A stretch of 64,000 nucleotides of DNA from an uncultured Gemmatimonadales bacterium (lineage in GTDB: Bacteria; Gemmatimonadota; Gemmatimonadetes; Gemmatimonadales; GWC2-71-9), in the NCBI GenBank assembly GCA_963740175.1, contig CAVUDL010000003.1, positions 7,413 to 71,412 on the forward strand, given 5' to 3'. The notes under the pieces were generated by a model that did no database searches, was not told the origin of the DNA, and saw only the letters and a program-made list of their open reading frames with translations. The translations under genes were made by a program, and so were the position numbers. Numbering within the stretch: position 1 is the first letter of the stretch; every line of letters begins with the position of its first letter. Positions 49,228-58,088 of this stretch are shown piece by piece.

Positions 49228-50733
49228 ATGCTTTCGCCCTCCCGTCCCGTCATCGTAGGCACCGGAATAGCCGGCTTGTGGACGGCGTGGCGGTTGGCGT
49301 CTGAGGGTCTCCCCGTAGTTCTCGTTACCAAAGAAACCCTTGCCGACAGCGCCAGCTCCTGGGCTCAAGGGGGTATCGCCGTGGCACTCGGGCCGGGCGA
49401 CAGCCCCAGCCAGCATGCGGCCGATACCATGGCGGCCAGTGATGGACTGGCCGACCCGGAGGCGGTCCGTATACTCACAAGTGAAGGCCCGGACCGTGTT
49501 TACGAACTCTTGGCGCTGGGTGCCGTGTTCGATCGTGGCCCCGACGGCAGGCTCGGCTTCGGCCTGGAGGCAGCCCATACCCGGGCCCGGATCATTCATT
49601 CAGGTGGCGATCAGACTGGTGCCGCGCTGATCGGCTGTCTGGCTCAGGTGGTGCGCTGTCACCCGTCCATCGAACTGCTGGAGCACACCGAGGTGACCGG
49701 GATACTGGCACCGGACGGCCCCGTGCGCGGAGTCTCCATCCTGCGGCCGGACGGCACCGGGGTGACACTTGCCGCCTCGGCGGTGGTCCTGGCAACCGGT
49801 GGGGTGGGCCAGCTGTACGCCGTGACCACCAACCCGAAGGTCGCCACCGCCGACGGATGGGCACTTGCCCACCAGGTAGGGGCAAAGCTTCGCGACATCG
49901 AATTTCTCCAGTTTCATCCCACCGCCTTGAAGCTTCCCGGCATCAACCCCGCCCCGCTCATCTCCGAGGCTGTCCGCGGCGCGGGAGCACTGCTGCTGGA
50001 TCAGGCGGGACGCCGGTTCGCACTCGACTCAGACGCACGCGGCGAGCTGGCGCCGAGGGATGTCGTCGCGCGGGCCGTGGCGGCGGCCGATGCCTCCGGC
50101 GGAGCGTGGCTCGACGCCAGGGCGGTTGCGGATTTCTCAACCCGCTTTCCCGGCATCACCGCCATGCTGTCACGCCACGGGCTGGATGCCTCCACAGATC
50201 TGCTGCCGGTGGCTCCGGCGCTGCACTATGCCATGGGCGGAGTGCAGACCGACCTCGAAGGGCGCACCACGAAGGCGCGGCTGTGGGCCGTGGGCGAAGT
50301 GGCCCGCACCGGGGTCCACGGAGCCAACCGGCTGGCCTCCAACTCCCTGCTGGAAGGGCTGGTGTTCGCCGACCGGGCCGGCAGAGCGTTGGGACGGACG
50401 CTTCGGTCCGGTACGGCCGCCCAACCGGAACTCTCCCCGCCTCCCGCGGTAATCGAAAGCGGGGCCGACGCCGATTGTGAGTCGATCAGAGCCGAGATGA
50501 GGGAGGTCATGACAGCCGACGTGGGCCTGCAGCGCAGCGAGTCTTCCCTGCTCCATGCGGAGCGCGAACTCCAGCGGCTCACCAGCGCCACACCGAAGGA
50601 GGCGTGGCGCACCCACAACCAGCTCCTCGTGGCCCGACTCATTACCAACGCGGCTCGGCGCCGGCGGGAAAGCCGCGGTGGTCACCGCCGCACCGACTAC
50701 CCTCCCGCATCGTTCCGGCGAGAGGCGGTATGA
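49228..50733 (+). CDS. nadB: L-aspartate oxidase
   Basis: FAD motif VIVGTGIAGLWTA, plus HPTAL and RLASNSLLEGLVF motifs. The start was moved to the ATG at 49228. The stop overlaps the nadA start (ATGA). Confidence 0.9.
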   Translation: MLSPSRPVIVGTGIAGLWTAWRLASEGLPVVLVTKETLADSASSWAQGGIAVALGPGDSPSQHAADTMAASDGLADPEAVRILTSEGPDRVYELLALGAVFDRGPDGRLGFGLEAAHTRARIIHSGGDQTGAALIGCLAQVVRCHPSIELLEHTEVTGILAPDGPVRGVSILRPDGTGVTLAASAVVLATGGVGQLYAVTTNPKVATADGWALAHQVGAKLRDIEFLQFHPTALKLPGINPAPLISEAVRGAGALLLDQAGRRFALDSDARGELAPRDVVARAVAAADASGGAWLDARAVADFSTRFPGITAMLSRHGLDASTDLLPVAPALHYAMGGVQTDLEGRTTKARLWAVGEVARTGVHGANRLASNSLLEGLVFADRAGRALGRTLRSGTAAQPELSPPPAVIESGADADCESIRAEMREVMTADVGLQRSESSLLHAERELQRLTSATPKEAWRTHNQLLVARLITNAARRRRESRGGHRRTDYPPASFRREAV

Positions 50734-51737
50734 CCGCCGCCAGTTCCAGCCTGCAGCTGCCGGTCATTGAGGCTCCCAGCGAAACACCGGAACAGATCGC
50801 GGACCTACAGGCGGAGATTCGCCGACTGGCCCGGGCTCGGAAAGCGGTGGTGCTGGCCCACAACTACCAGCGTCCCGAGGTCCAGGACGTCGCCGATTAC
50901 GTGGGCGACTCGCTCGGTCTCTCCCGGCAGGCCGCCGCCACCGAAGCCGACGTGATCATCTTCTGTGGCGTGCACTTCATGGCGGAGACCGCCGCCATCC
51001 TGTCGCCCCGGAAGCGAGTGCTGCTTCCCGACCTGCGGGCGGGATGCTCGTTGGCCGCAACCATTACCGCGGACGATGTGCGGCAATGGAAGGCGCAGTT
51101 CCCTGATTACATCGCCGTCGGCTATGTGAATACCACCGCCGAGGTGAAAGCCGAGCTGGACTACTGCTGCACCAGTGGGAACGTGCTCGACGTGATCGAC
51201 GCAATCCCGGCGGACCGCGGCATCCTTTTCCTGCCGGACTTCTTCCTCGGCAGCCATGTACGTCGGATGCGCCCTGACCGCCGCATCGAGGTCTGGATGG
51301 GCGAGTGTCATGTCCACAAGGGGATCAGGCCCGACGTCCTGAATGAGGCGCGGTCGGCATACCCCGACGCCGAGGTCCTGGTGCATCCGGAGTGTGGTTG
51401 CGCCGGCCAGCTGATTTACAGCATGGGACGGGGCGATATCGACCCCGAAGGCCTGCACATTACTTCCACCGAAGGCATGATACGCGCGGTTCAGCAGCGT
51501 CCTGCCAAGCAGTTTATCGTGGCCACGGAGACCGGCATCATGCATCGCATGAGTCAGGTGGCGCCCGAAAAGCAGTTTATCGCCGCTGACCCCGAGGCGG
51601 TCTGCGCCTTCATGAAGACCATCACCCTTCCTGGCGTGCGCGACTCGTTGACGCTGGACCGCTATCACGTCACCGTTCCCGCCGACATCGCCCGACGCGC
51701 CCGCGGCGCCATCGACCGCATGGTGGCGCTCGGTTAG
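50730..51737 (+). CDS. nadA: quinolinate synthase
   Basis: VVLAHNYQRPEVQDVADYVGDSL, CGVHFMAET and VHPECG motifs. The start was moved to the ATG at 50730. Confidence 0.9.
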   Translation: MTAASSSLQLPVIEAPSETPEQIADLQAEIRRLARARKAVVLAHNYQRPEVQDVADYVGDSLGLSRQAAATEADVIIFCGVHFMAETAAILSPRKRVLLPDLRAGCSLAATITADDVRQWKAQFPDYIAVGYVNTTAEVKAELDYCCTSGNVLDVIDAIPADRGILFLPDFFLGSHVRRMRPDRRIEVWMGECHVHKGIRPDVLNEARSAYPDAEVLVHPECGCAGQLIYSMGRGDIDPEGLHITSTEGMIRAVQQRPAKQFIVATETGIMHRMSQVAPEKQFIAADPEAVCAFMKTITLPGVRDSLTLDRYHVTVPADIARRARGAIDRMVALG

Positions 51738-51742
51738 GTGCC

Positions 51743-52588
51743 GTGCTGAACTCCAAACGCGAGATCGAACGCATCGCCGCGGCGGCGCTGGCCGAAGATG
51801 GCCGCGTGGATATCACCAGCGCGCTCACGGTGCCACCGCGGGTGCAAGCCGCAGGGGTCGTAGAGCACCGCAGCGGCGGCGTCCTCTCTGGAACGCGCTA
51901 TGCCGATGAGGTGGCGAAGTCGTGTGGCTGCAAGGTCGAATGGTCAGCCCAGGACGGGGATCCGGTTGCTCCCGGCTTCGCGGTGGGGGTCGTCCGCGGG
52001 ACGCTGGCCGACATCCTGCGCGCGGAGCGTCCGCTGCTGAACCTGCTGCAGCGTGCGTCAGGAATCGCCAGCGCCACGCGCGTCTACGTTGAGGCAGTCC
52101 AGGGTACCCGCTGCCGGATTCTTCATACCCGGAAGACCGCACCGGGTCTGCGCTCGCTCGATCTCGCGGCGGTGCTGGCCGGCGGTGGCCACGCACATCG
52201 ATCGGATCTGAGCCACGAGGTGCTGGTGAAGGACAACCATTGGCAGGCGCTGGCGCGAAGCGGGAAGGGGCTGGGGGAGGCGCTGGCGGAGGGAAGGAAG
52301 CGGGGGGTAACGGCGCTTTACGTCGAAGTAGAAACCCTGGAACAGCTGAAGCTCGCCTGCGCCGCGGGCGCTACCCGCCTGCTGGTGGACAACCAGCCAC
52401 CGGCCACGGTACGCAAATGGGGTCAGCTGGCGCGGCAGCTAGCGTCAGGAATTGAGATCGAAGCCAGCGGAGGTATCACCCTCGAGAACGTGAGGGAATA
52501 CGCCGAGGCCGGGGCTGACTTCATTTCAGTTGGCGCCCTCACTCATAGCGTGATAGCGGCGGACATTGCGATTGAAGTGAAGATCTGA
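51743..52588 (+). CDS. nadC: nicotinate-nucleotide pyrophosphorylase (carboxylating)
   Basis: ERPLLNLLQRASGIAS, HTRKTAPGLR and VKDNH motifs. It completes a nadB-nadA-nadC operon. Confidence 0.9.
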   Translation: MLNSKREIERIAAAALAEDGRVDITSALTVPPRVQAAGVVEHRSGGVLSGTRYADEVAKSCGCKVEWSAQDGDPVAPGFAVGVVRGTLADILRAERPLLNLLQRASGIASATRVYVEAVQGTRCRILHTRKTAPGLRSLDLAAVLAGGGHAHRSDLSHEVLVKDNHWQALARSGKGLGEALAEGRKRGVTALYVEVETLEQLKLACAAGATRLLVDNQPPATVRKWGQLARQLASGIEIEASGGITLENVREYAEAGADFISVGALTHSVIAADIAIEVKI

Positions 52589-52597
52589 AAAGCCTTT

Positions 52598-52814
52598 GCC
52601 ACGGATGAACACGGAGGGAACGGCCCAAAAGATCTTGTTCAACAGCACACCGGCTGAGTTAGATGAGGGCAACAAACATACTGCATACAACTTTACTCAA
52701 ACGGGTAACGAACTGTACTGGTGTGTATGTGACCAAAGCTTCTTGTGCATCCACGTGAGACGGGACCTTCGTTTGACTCAAGGAGCGATCCGTTCCCTCC
52801 GTGTTCATCCGTGG
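52598..52814. repeat. 26-bp perfect inverted repeats enclosing a 165-nt low-GC core (repeat family, copy G; MITE- or IVS-like)
   Basis: GCCACGGATGAACACGGAGGGAACGG (52598-52623) is the exact reverse complement of 52789-52814. The core is markedly AT-richer than its surroundings. The right arm overlaps the last codons of the permease gene. Confidence 0.85.
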
Positions 52815-54157
52815 CTAACGTTTTTGTTTTTGGACCAACTCCGCCACGCATAGTATACCGGCAAGCCCAGCAGAATAATCCCGAACGTCACGCCGGTATT
52901 CACCGGATCCGTCCACAGGGCATTCAGCATCATACCCACAGACGCGAGCAGGAACAGGACGGGCACCACGGGATAACCCCAGGTCCGGTAGGGCCGGGGC
53001 AGATCAGGTCGGACCCGCCGGAGCACGAATACGGCGGCTACCGCAAGCGCGTAAAAGGGCCAGATCCCGAGGATGAACTTGTCGGCCAGCTGCTGAAAAT
53101 CATTGAGCAGTACATAGATGACGCCGAGACCCGTCGCCAGCCAGATTGCCACCGAGGGGCTTTGATAGCGAGGTGAGACCCGGGCAATGGTCTGAAAGAA
53201 GAGACCCCGGTCAGCCATGGCGAAGAAGATGCGCGGACCTGTCATCATCGAGCCATGGAGAGTCCCAAAGCACGACACCATCACAACCAGTGAGATGATG
53301 CCCCCGGCATAGCGTCCTAGCAGGGGAATCCGCTCGGCGGCGGTTGCCGCGATCAGGGGTGACTTCGCCATCTCCGGCAAAGGCACCAGGTAGATGTAGG
53401 CGAGGTTCAGGAGGAGGTAGATAACCAGGATGCCGGCAGTGCCGATGATCAGCGCCATCGGCAGTGTGCGACCCGGGTTCTTCACCTCTCCGCCCATGAA
53501 CGACAGATCGGCCCAGCCATCGTAGGTCCACATGATGGCGATCAGCGCGGTGCCCGTAAGCGATAAGTTCAGACCGCTGCCCCACGCCGGACTGAAATGA
53601 TCCCAGCTGCCCTCTCCCGCTGAGAAGGCCAACAATCCGAGTACGGCCAGGGCGCCGTACTTGAGGATCGTGACCAGGTTCATCACTACGGAGGCGCGAC
53701 TCACACCGAGGTAGTTCAGCAGGCCTACCGACACCACTCCCGCGGCGGCGATGAGGCGGACCTGGAATGGCGTGAGCGGAATGAAGTAGCCGAGATATTC
53801 GGCGAAGATGGTAGCGATGGCACCGAGCGCGGAGGCCCGGATCACCGCCAGCTCGGACCAGCCGAAGAGGAACGCCGGCAACGGTCCGAACGCTTCCAGG
53901 ATGTAAGCGAAGACCCCACCCGAGCGAGGCATTGCCCCGGCCAGCTCGGCCAGGGTAAGCGCGCCAAATAGTGCAATGACGCCGCCCAGGACCCAGGCGA
54001 GCAGAACCGGGCCAGGATCCTGGAGGCGCTCGGCCACACTCGCGGGAACCCGGAAGATGCCGCTTCCGATGGTAGAGCCCACGAGCACTGCCACCGCGCT
54101 CCAGAGCCCGAGGTGCCTGGGAAGACGCTCACCCCAGGCGTCGCGTTCAGGGAGCAT
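52805..54157 (-). CDS. APC-family amino acid permease
   Basis: 450 aa with about 12 TM helices. The N-terminal GSGIFRVPASVA motif is typical of APC transporters. Confidence 0.85.
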   Translation of the reverse strand: MLPERDAWGERLPRHLGLWSAVAVLVGSTIGSGIFRVPASVAERLQDPGPVLLAWVLGGVIALFGALTLAELAGAMPRSGGVFAYILEAFGPLPAFLFGWSELAVIRASALGAIATIFAEYLGYFIPLTPFQVRLIAAAGVVSVGLLNYLGVSRASVVMNLVTILKYGALAVLGLLAFSAGEGSWDHFSPAWGSGLNLSLTGTALIAIMWTYDGWADLSFMGGEVKNPGRTLPMALIIGTAGILVIYLLLNLAYIYLVPLPEMAKSPLIAATAAERIPLLGRYAGGIISLVVMVSCFGTLHGSMMTGPRIFFAMADRGLFFQTIARVSPRYQSPSVAIWLATGLGVIYVLLNDFQQLADKFILGIWPFYALAVAAVFVLRRVRPDLPRPYRTWGYPVVPVLFLLASVGMMLNALWTDPVNTGVTFGIILLGLPVYYAWRSWSKNKNVSHG

Positions 54158-54175
54158 GGAGGAATATAGGCTGGG

Positions 54176-54235
54176 AGCTGGGAGCTGGGAGCTTGGAGGT
54201 GGGAGCTCCTGGCTCCTAGCTCCTAGCTCCCAGCT
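54176..54235. repeat. heptamer tandem-repeat palindrome (repeat family, copy F)
   Basis: (GCTGGGA)x3-GCTTGGAGGTGGGAG | CTCCTGGCTCCTAGCTCCTAGCTCCCAGC. Hand folding around the centre at 54205/54206 gives about 26 Watson-Crick pairs out of 30. It lies in a divergent intergenic region. Confidence 0.85.
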
Positions 54236-54253
54236 ATTTAACTTTCCCGGCGA

Positions 54254-56176
54254 ATGAAACCACTGCCTCCAGACTCGACCCGACTGCTCCGCCGCCTGTC
54301 ATGGACCGGGGTCACCCTGGCTTTCGGTCTCATCGTGCTGGGCGGCATCGTTCGCATTACCGGCTCAGGGATGGGCTGCGGCGAGCACTGGCCCCGTTGC
54401 AATGGAGAGTGGTTCCCTCCGCTCGATCTAGCCACCATGATCGAGATCGGACACCGGTGGGCCGCTGCGCTCGTTAGTCTGGTCGTGTTGGCCATGGCTG
54501 CCGTGGCATGGATCCGCCACCGGTCCGAGCCTGCCCTCCGCAACCCCGCCACGCTGGCACTGTTCATCCTCCTGGTTCAGGTCCTGCTGGGCGCGATCAC
54601 GGTCAAACTCGCGCTACCCCCCACCGTGGTCATCATCCACCTGGCCAACGCCATGCTGCTGCTGGCGGTAGTCCTGGTGACCGCATTACGGGCGCAAACA
54701 GTAGCGTCCGGCTCCGGATCGGAGGCCCGTCCGACTCAGCGACATGTCGCCCATCCGCTCGTGCTGGGGACGGTGGCGCTGGGGTTCGTCGTCATCCTCT
54801 TCGGCGCCCAGGTCGCGAACTTCCACGCCGGCTTGCTCTGCCTGGGGTTCCCACTTTGCAACGGCTCCGTGCGTCTGCCCGCCAACACACTTGCGGCCCT
54901 GCCCTGGGCCCACCGGGCGCTCGCATTCCTGTTTCTCGCCGTCGCTACCGTACTCGCGGTGCGGCTGAACCGGCGGAGCGACTCGGCGAGCGGTGCCTTG
55001 AGACGGGCCGCCGGCTTCGTGGTTGGAGCAACCGTGCTCCAGCTTGGCGTAGCGGCGGCGATGGTGCTGCAGCTGCTGCCTCCGACTCTCCGAGCCGTAC
55101 ACCTGCTGGTGGGTACGCTGATCTGGGGCGCACTCGTGCTCCTGGCGTTCCACTCGCACCATACTCCCGCCGCTGTCGGCGAGCCGGGAACCACATCGCG
55201 GGAGGGAAAGCGGCGCACTGAGCCATCGGTACTGGCCGACCTCGTCACGCTTACCAAGCCCCGCATCATCTCGCTCCTGCTGGTCACCACCGTGGCACCG
55301 ATGTTCATCACTCCCGCTGGCTTGCCCTCGCTCTCCCAGGTCCTTTGGGTGATCCTGGGCGGCTATTTGATGGCGGGCGGGGCCAATGCCATCAACATGT
55401 GGTTCGACCGGGATATCGATGACAAGATGAGTCGTACCCGGCTGCGGCCAATTCCCGCCGGCCGGATCCCGGCTACACTGGGCCTGGCATTCGGGGTCTC
55501 ACTCGGCCTGACGGCGTTCGCCATCTTCTGGTACCGGGTAAATCCGCTCAGCGCGTGGCTCGCGCTCGGTGGCCTCCTCTTCTACGTCTTTGTGTACACG
55601 ATCTGGCTCAAGCGGACCAGTCCGCAGAACATCGTCATTGGAGGAGCGGCCGGGGCGTTTCCACCGCTGGTGGGATGGGCCGCCATGACCGGGCGCCTCG
55701 ACCTGGCAGCGGTCTACCTTTTTGCCATCATCTTTTACTGGACGCCGCCGCACTTCTGGGCCCTGGCTCTCATCAAACGGGGCGAGTATGCCAAGGCGGG
55801 CGTCCCCATGATGCCCGTGGTGCGCGGGGAAGCGCGGACCAAGTTCGAGATGCTGGCCTACACGCTGATACTGCTCCCGCTCACCCTGATGCCGGCCTTC
55901 TTCGGGGCGCTGGGCCCTTTCTATGGCGTTGCGGCCGCGCTCCTGGGTGCTCGGCTCCTGTGGTATTGCATCCAGCTCCGGCGGGAACAATCGGGCGGGC
56001 CCGTCGCGTGGCGGATGTACCGCTACTCTCTGCTGTACCTGGCCCTGCTCTTCGCCGCCATGGGCATCGATCGGGCGCTTCCGTTCGGGCACCTGGCGGC
56101 AGGCCCACCGATCATCATTCTCGACCGTCCAGAGCAGGACGTCGCAACTCCGAGTGGTGGCCACCACGGGCACTGA
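54254..56176 (+). CDS. fused heme A synthase (CtaA/COX15) and protoheme IX farnesyltransferase (CtaB/CyoE)
   Basis: The N-terminal half has GGIVRITGSGMGCGEHWPRCNG and paired His-containing TM helices (CtaA). The C-terminal half has TKPRIISLLLVTT...NMWFDRDIDDKMSRTRLRPIP (a UbiA-type CtaB). It is a single 640-aa ORF. Confidence 0.85.
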   Translation: MKPLPPDSTRLLRRLSWTGVTLAFGLIVLGGIVRITGSGMGCGEHWPRCNGEWFPPLDLATMIEIGHRWAAALVSLVVLAMAAVAWIRHRSEPALRNPATLALFILLVQVLLGAITVKLALPPTVVIIHLANAMLLLAVVLVTALRAQTVASGSGSEARPTQRHVAHPLVLGTVALGFVVILFGAQVANFHAGLLCLGFPLCNGSVRLPANTLAALPWAHRALAFLFLAVATVLAVRLNRRSDSASGALRRAAGFVVGATVLQLGVAAAMVLQLLPPTLRAVHLLVGTLIWGALVLLAFHSHHTPAAVGEPGTTSREGKRRTEPSVLADLVTLTKPRIISLLLVTTVAPMFITPAGLPSLSQVLWVILGGYLMAGGANAINMWFDRDIDDKMSRTRLRPIPAGRIPATLGLAFGVSLGLTAFAIFWYRVNPLSAWLALGGLLFYVFVYTIWLKRTSPQNIVIGGAAGAFPPLVGWAAMTGRLDLAAVYLFAIIFYWTPPHFWALALIKRGEYAKAGVPMMPVVRGEARTKFEMLAYTLILLPLTLMPAFFGALGPFYGVAAALLGARLLWYCIQLRREQSGGPVAWRMYRYSLLYLALLFAAMGIDRALPFGHLAAGPPIIILDRPEQDVATPSGGHHGH

Positions 56177-56204
56177 AGGGCGGCGGCTTCCCCCTCCGGG
56201 ACGG

Positions 56205-57955
56205 CTGGTCCGCCTCTGGCCCCGGGTGCGCCGCTACCAGGGGATGCTCGCGCTGGCAACGCTCACCCTGGTACTCAGCGCCCTCATCGGTCTCGCCTTT
56301 CCCATGGTGGTGCGGTATCTGCTCGACGCGGCGTTCATCGAACAAAACCGAAAAGTGCTCGACCGGATCGCCGTGGGCCTGGTGCTGCTCTTTACCATCC
56401 AGGCGGTACTCAACTACGCCCAGACATACCTCCTGAGCGCGGTGGGTGAGCGGGTGGTGGCCGGGCTCCGGCAGGAGCTGTTCGGCAGACTGCTCGACAT
56501 GCCGCCGGGCTTTTTCGCCGAGCGCCGGACCGGCGAGCTCACCAGCCGTCTCACCACTGATATCGGCCTGCTGCAGGGCGTGCTCAGCCACCAGATCGCC
56601 GAATTCTCGCGCCAGATCCTGGCACTGGTCGGCGGGATTATTCTGCTGACATTGATGCAGCCGCGACTTACCCTCACCGCCCTCGGCGTCGTACCCCTGG
56701 TAGTGGGGTCGGCGCTGTTCTTCGGGCGGCGGCTGCGGCGGATGACGACCTCGGTGCAGGACAAGGTGGCAGATGCCACCGCCTCAGCCGAAGAGGCCTT
56801 CAGCCAGATCCGTACGGTCCAGAGCTTCGTGCAGGAACCCGCCGAGCGGAAGCGATATGGTGACCGGATAGGCGAGAGCGTCCGTGCGGCGTTGATTCGG
56901 GCCCAACTCCGAGGCGTGTTCTTCGGGGTGCTCACGTTCTCGACCTTCGTCGGGATCGTGATCGTCCTCTGGCAGGGCGGTCTCCTGGTCCTGGAAGGGC
57001 AGCTGACGCCAGGCGAGCTGGTCCAGTTCCTCCTCTATACCATCACCATTGCCGCGGCTATCGGCGCGCTGGCGTCGTTCTTCAGCAGCTATCAGGAAGC
57101 GGTCGGGGCGGCGCAGCGGGTGTTCGAGATCCTGGAAACCGAGCCCGACCATCACCGATCCCCGCTCACCGGTGGAGCTGCCGTCTCCCACCCGGGGGCG
57201 GGTGACGTTCGAAGGGGTTTCGTTCCGCTACCGCCCGGATCCGGAGCAACCCTGGACGCTGGAGGACGTCGACCTGGCCTGCGCCCCCGGCGAGGTCGTC
57301 GCGCTGGTGGGCCCCTCGGGCGCCGGCAAGACCACACTCGTGTCTCTGATTCCCCGATTCTGGGACCCCGATCGGGGCCGAGTGCTGGTGGACGGTATCG
57401 ACATCAGGTCGCTGCGGCTGGCTGACCTCCGCAGCGCTATCGCCATCGTGCCCCAGGATCCGGCCCTGTTCAGCGGGACGGTGCGCGAGAATATCGCCTA
57501 CGCCAAGCCCGGGGCCTCAATGGAGGAGGTGGAGGCGGCGGCGCGGGCGGCCCACGCGCATGAGTTCATCGAGCGGCTGGCCGGAAGGCTACGACACCGT
57601 AGTTGGCGAGCGGGGAATCAAGCTTTCGGGCGGGCAGCGCCAGCGAGTCGCGATCGCCCGGGCCATTCTGAAGGATCCCGCCATCCTGATCCTGGATGAG
57701 GCCACCAGCAGCCTCGATACCGAAAGCGAGCAGCTGATCGAGGATGCCTTGAGCAAGCTGCTGGTGGGCCGGACCACGCTGATCATCGCGCACCGCTTGA
57801 GCACGGTCCGCCGGGCCGACCGCCTTGTCGTCATGAACCGGGGGCGGGTGGTGGAGGACGGATCGCACGCCGAGCTGCTCGCCCTCGGAGGATTGTACGC
57901 GCGGCTGTACCAGCGGCAGTTCCGCGACGAGAATATCGCCGTGGAGATTACCTGA
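56205..57955 (+). pseudogene. MsbA-like ABC transporter (permease and ATPase), two frameshifts as sequenced
   Basis: The TMD is in the 55923-57425 frame. The NBD is split: Walker A GPSGAGKTTL lies in 57049-57699, and [14 protein letters not shown] with ILILDEATS lie in 57560-57955. Extra bases near 57150 and 57580 explain both breaks. The start codon is uncertain (56205-56244). Confidence 0.8.
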
Positions 57956-58017
57956 TTGGGGTAACGTCACGCCCCCTCCCACACCGGCACGTCCGCCTAC
58001 GGTCATAGCGGCACGCA

Positions 58018-58056
58018 GCAAAAAGCCCCCGCCAGATTCGGCAGGGGCTCTTTGTT
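58018..58056. terminator. bidirectional intrinsic terminator between convergent genes
   Basis: AAAA-AGCCCCCGCC-AGATTC-GGCAGGGGCT-CTTTGTT forms a 9-bp stem with one mismatch. It has A and T tracts on both sides. Confidence 0.5.
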
Positions 58057-58088
58057 GGTACCAACTGGCTGCTTAGTGCCTCACGGGC

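Noticed and set aside
52596-52853. The 85-aa ORF (+) inside the 26-bp inverted-repeat element as a real gene.
   Set aside because: It reads through both repeat arms and overlaps the permease 3' end. It has atypical composition for this genome and no motif, so it is more likely non-coding.
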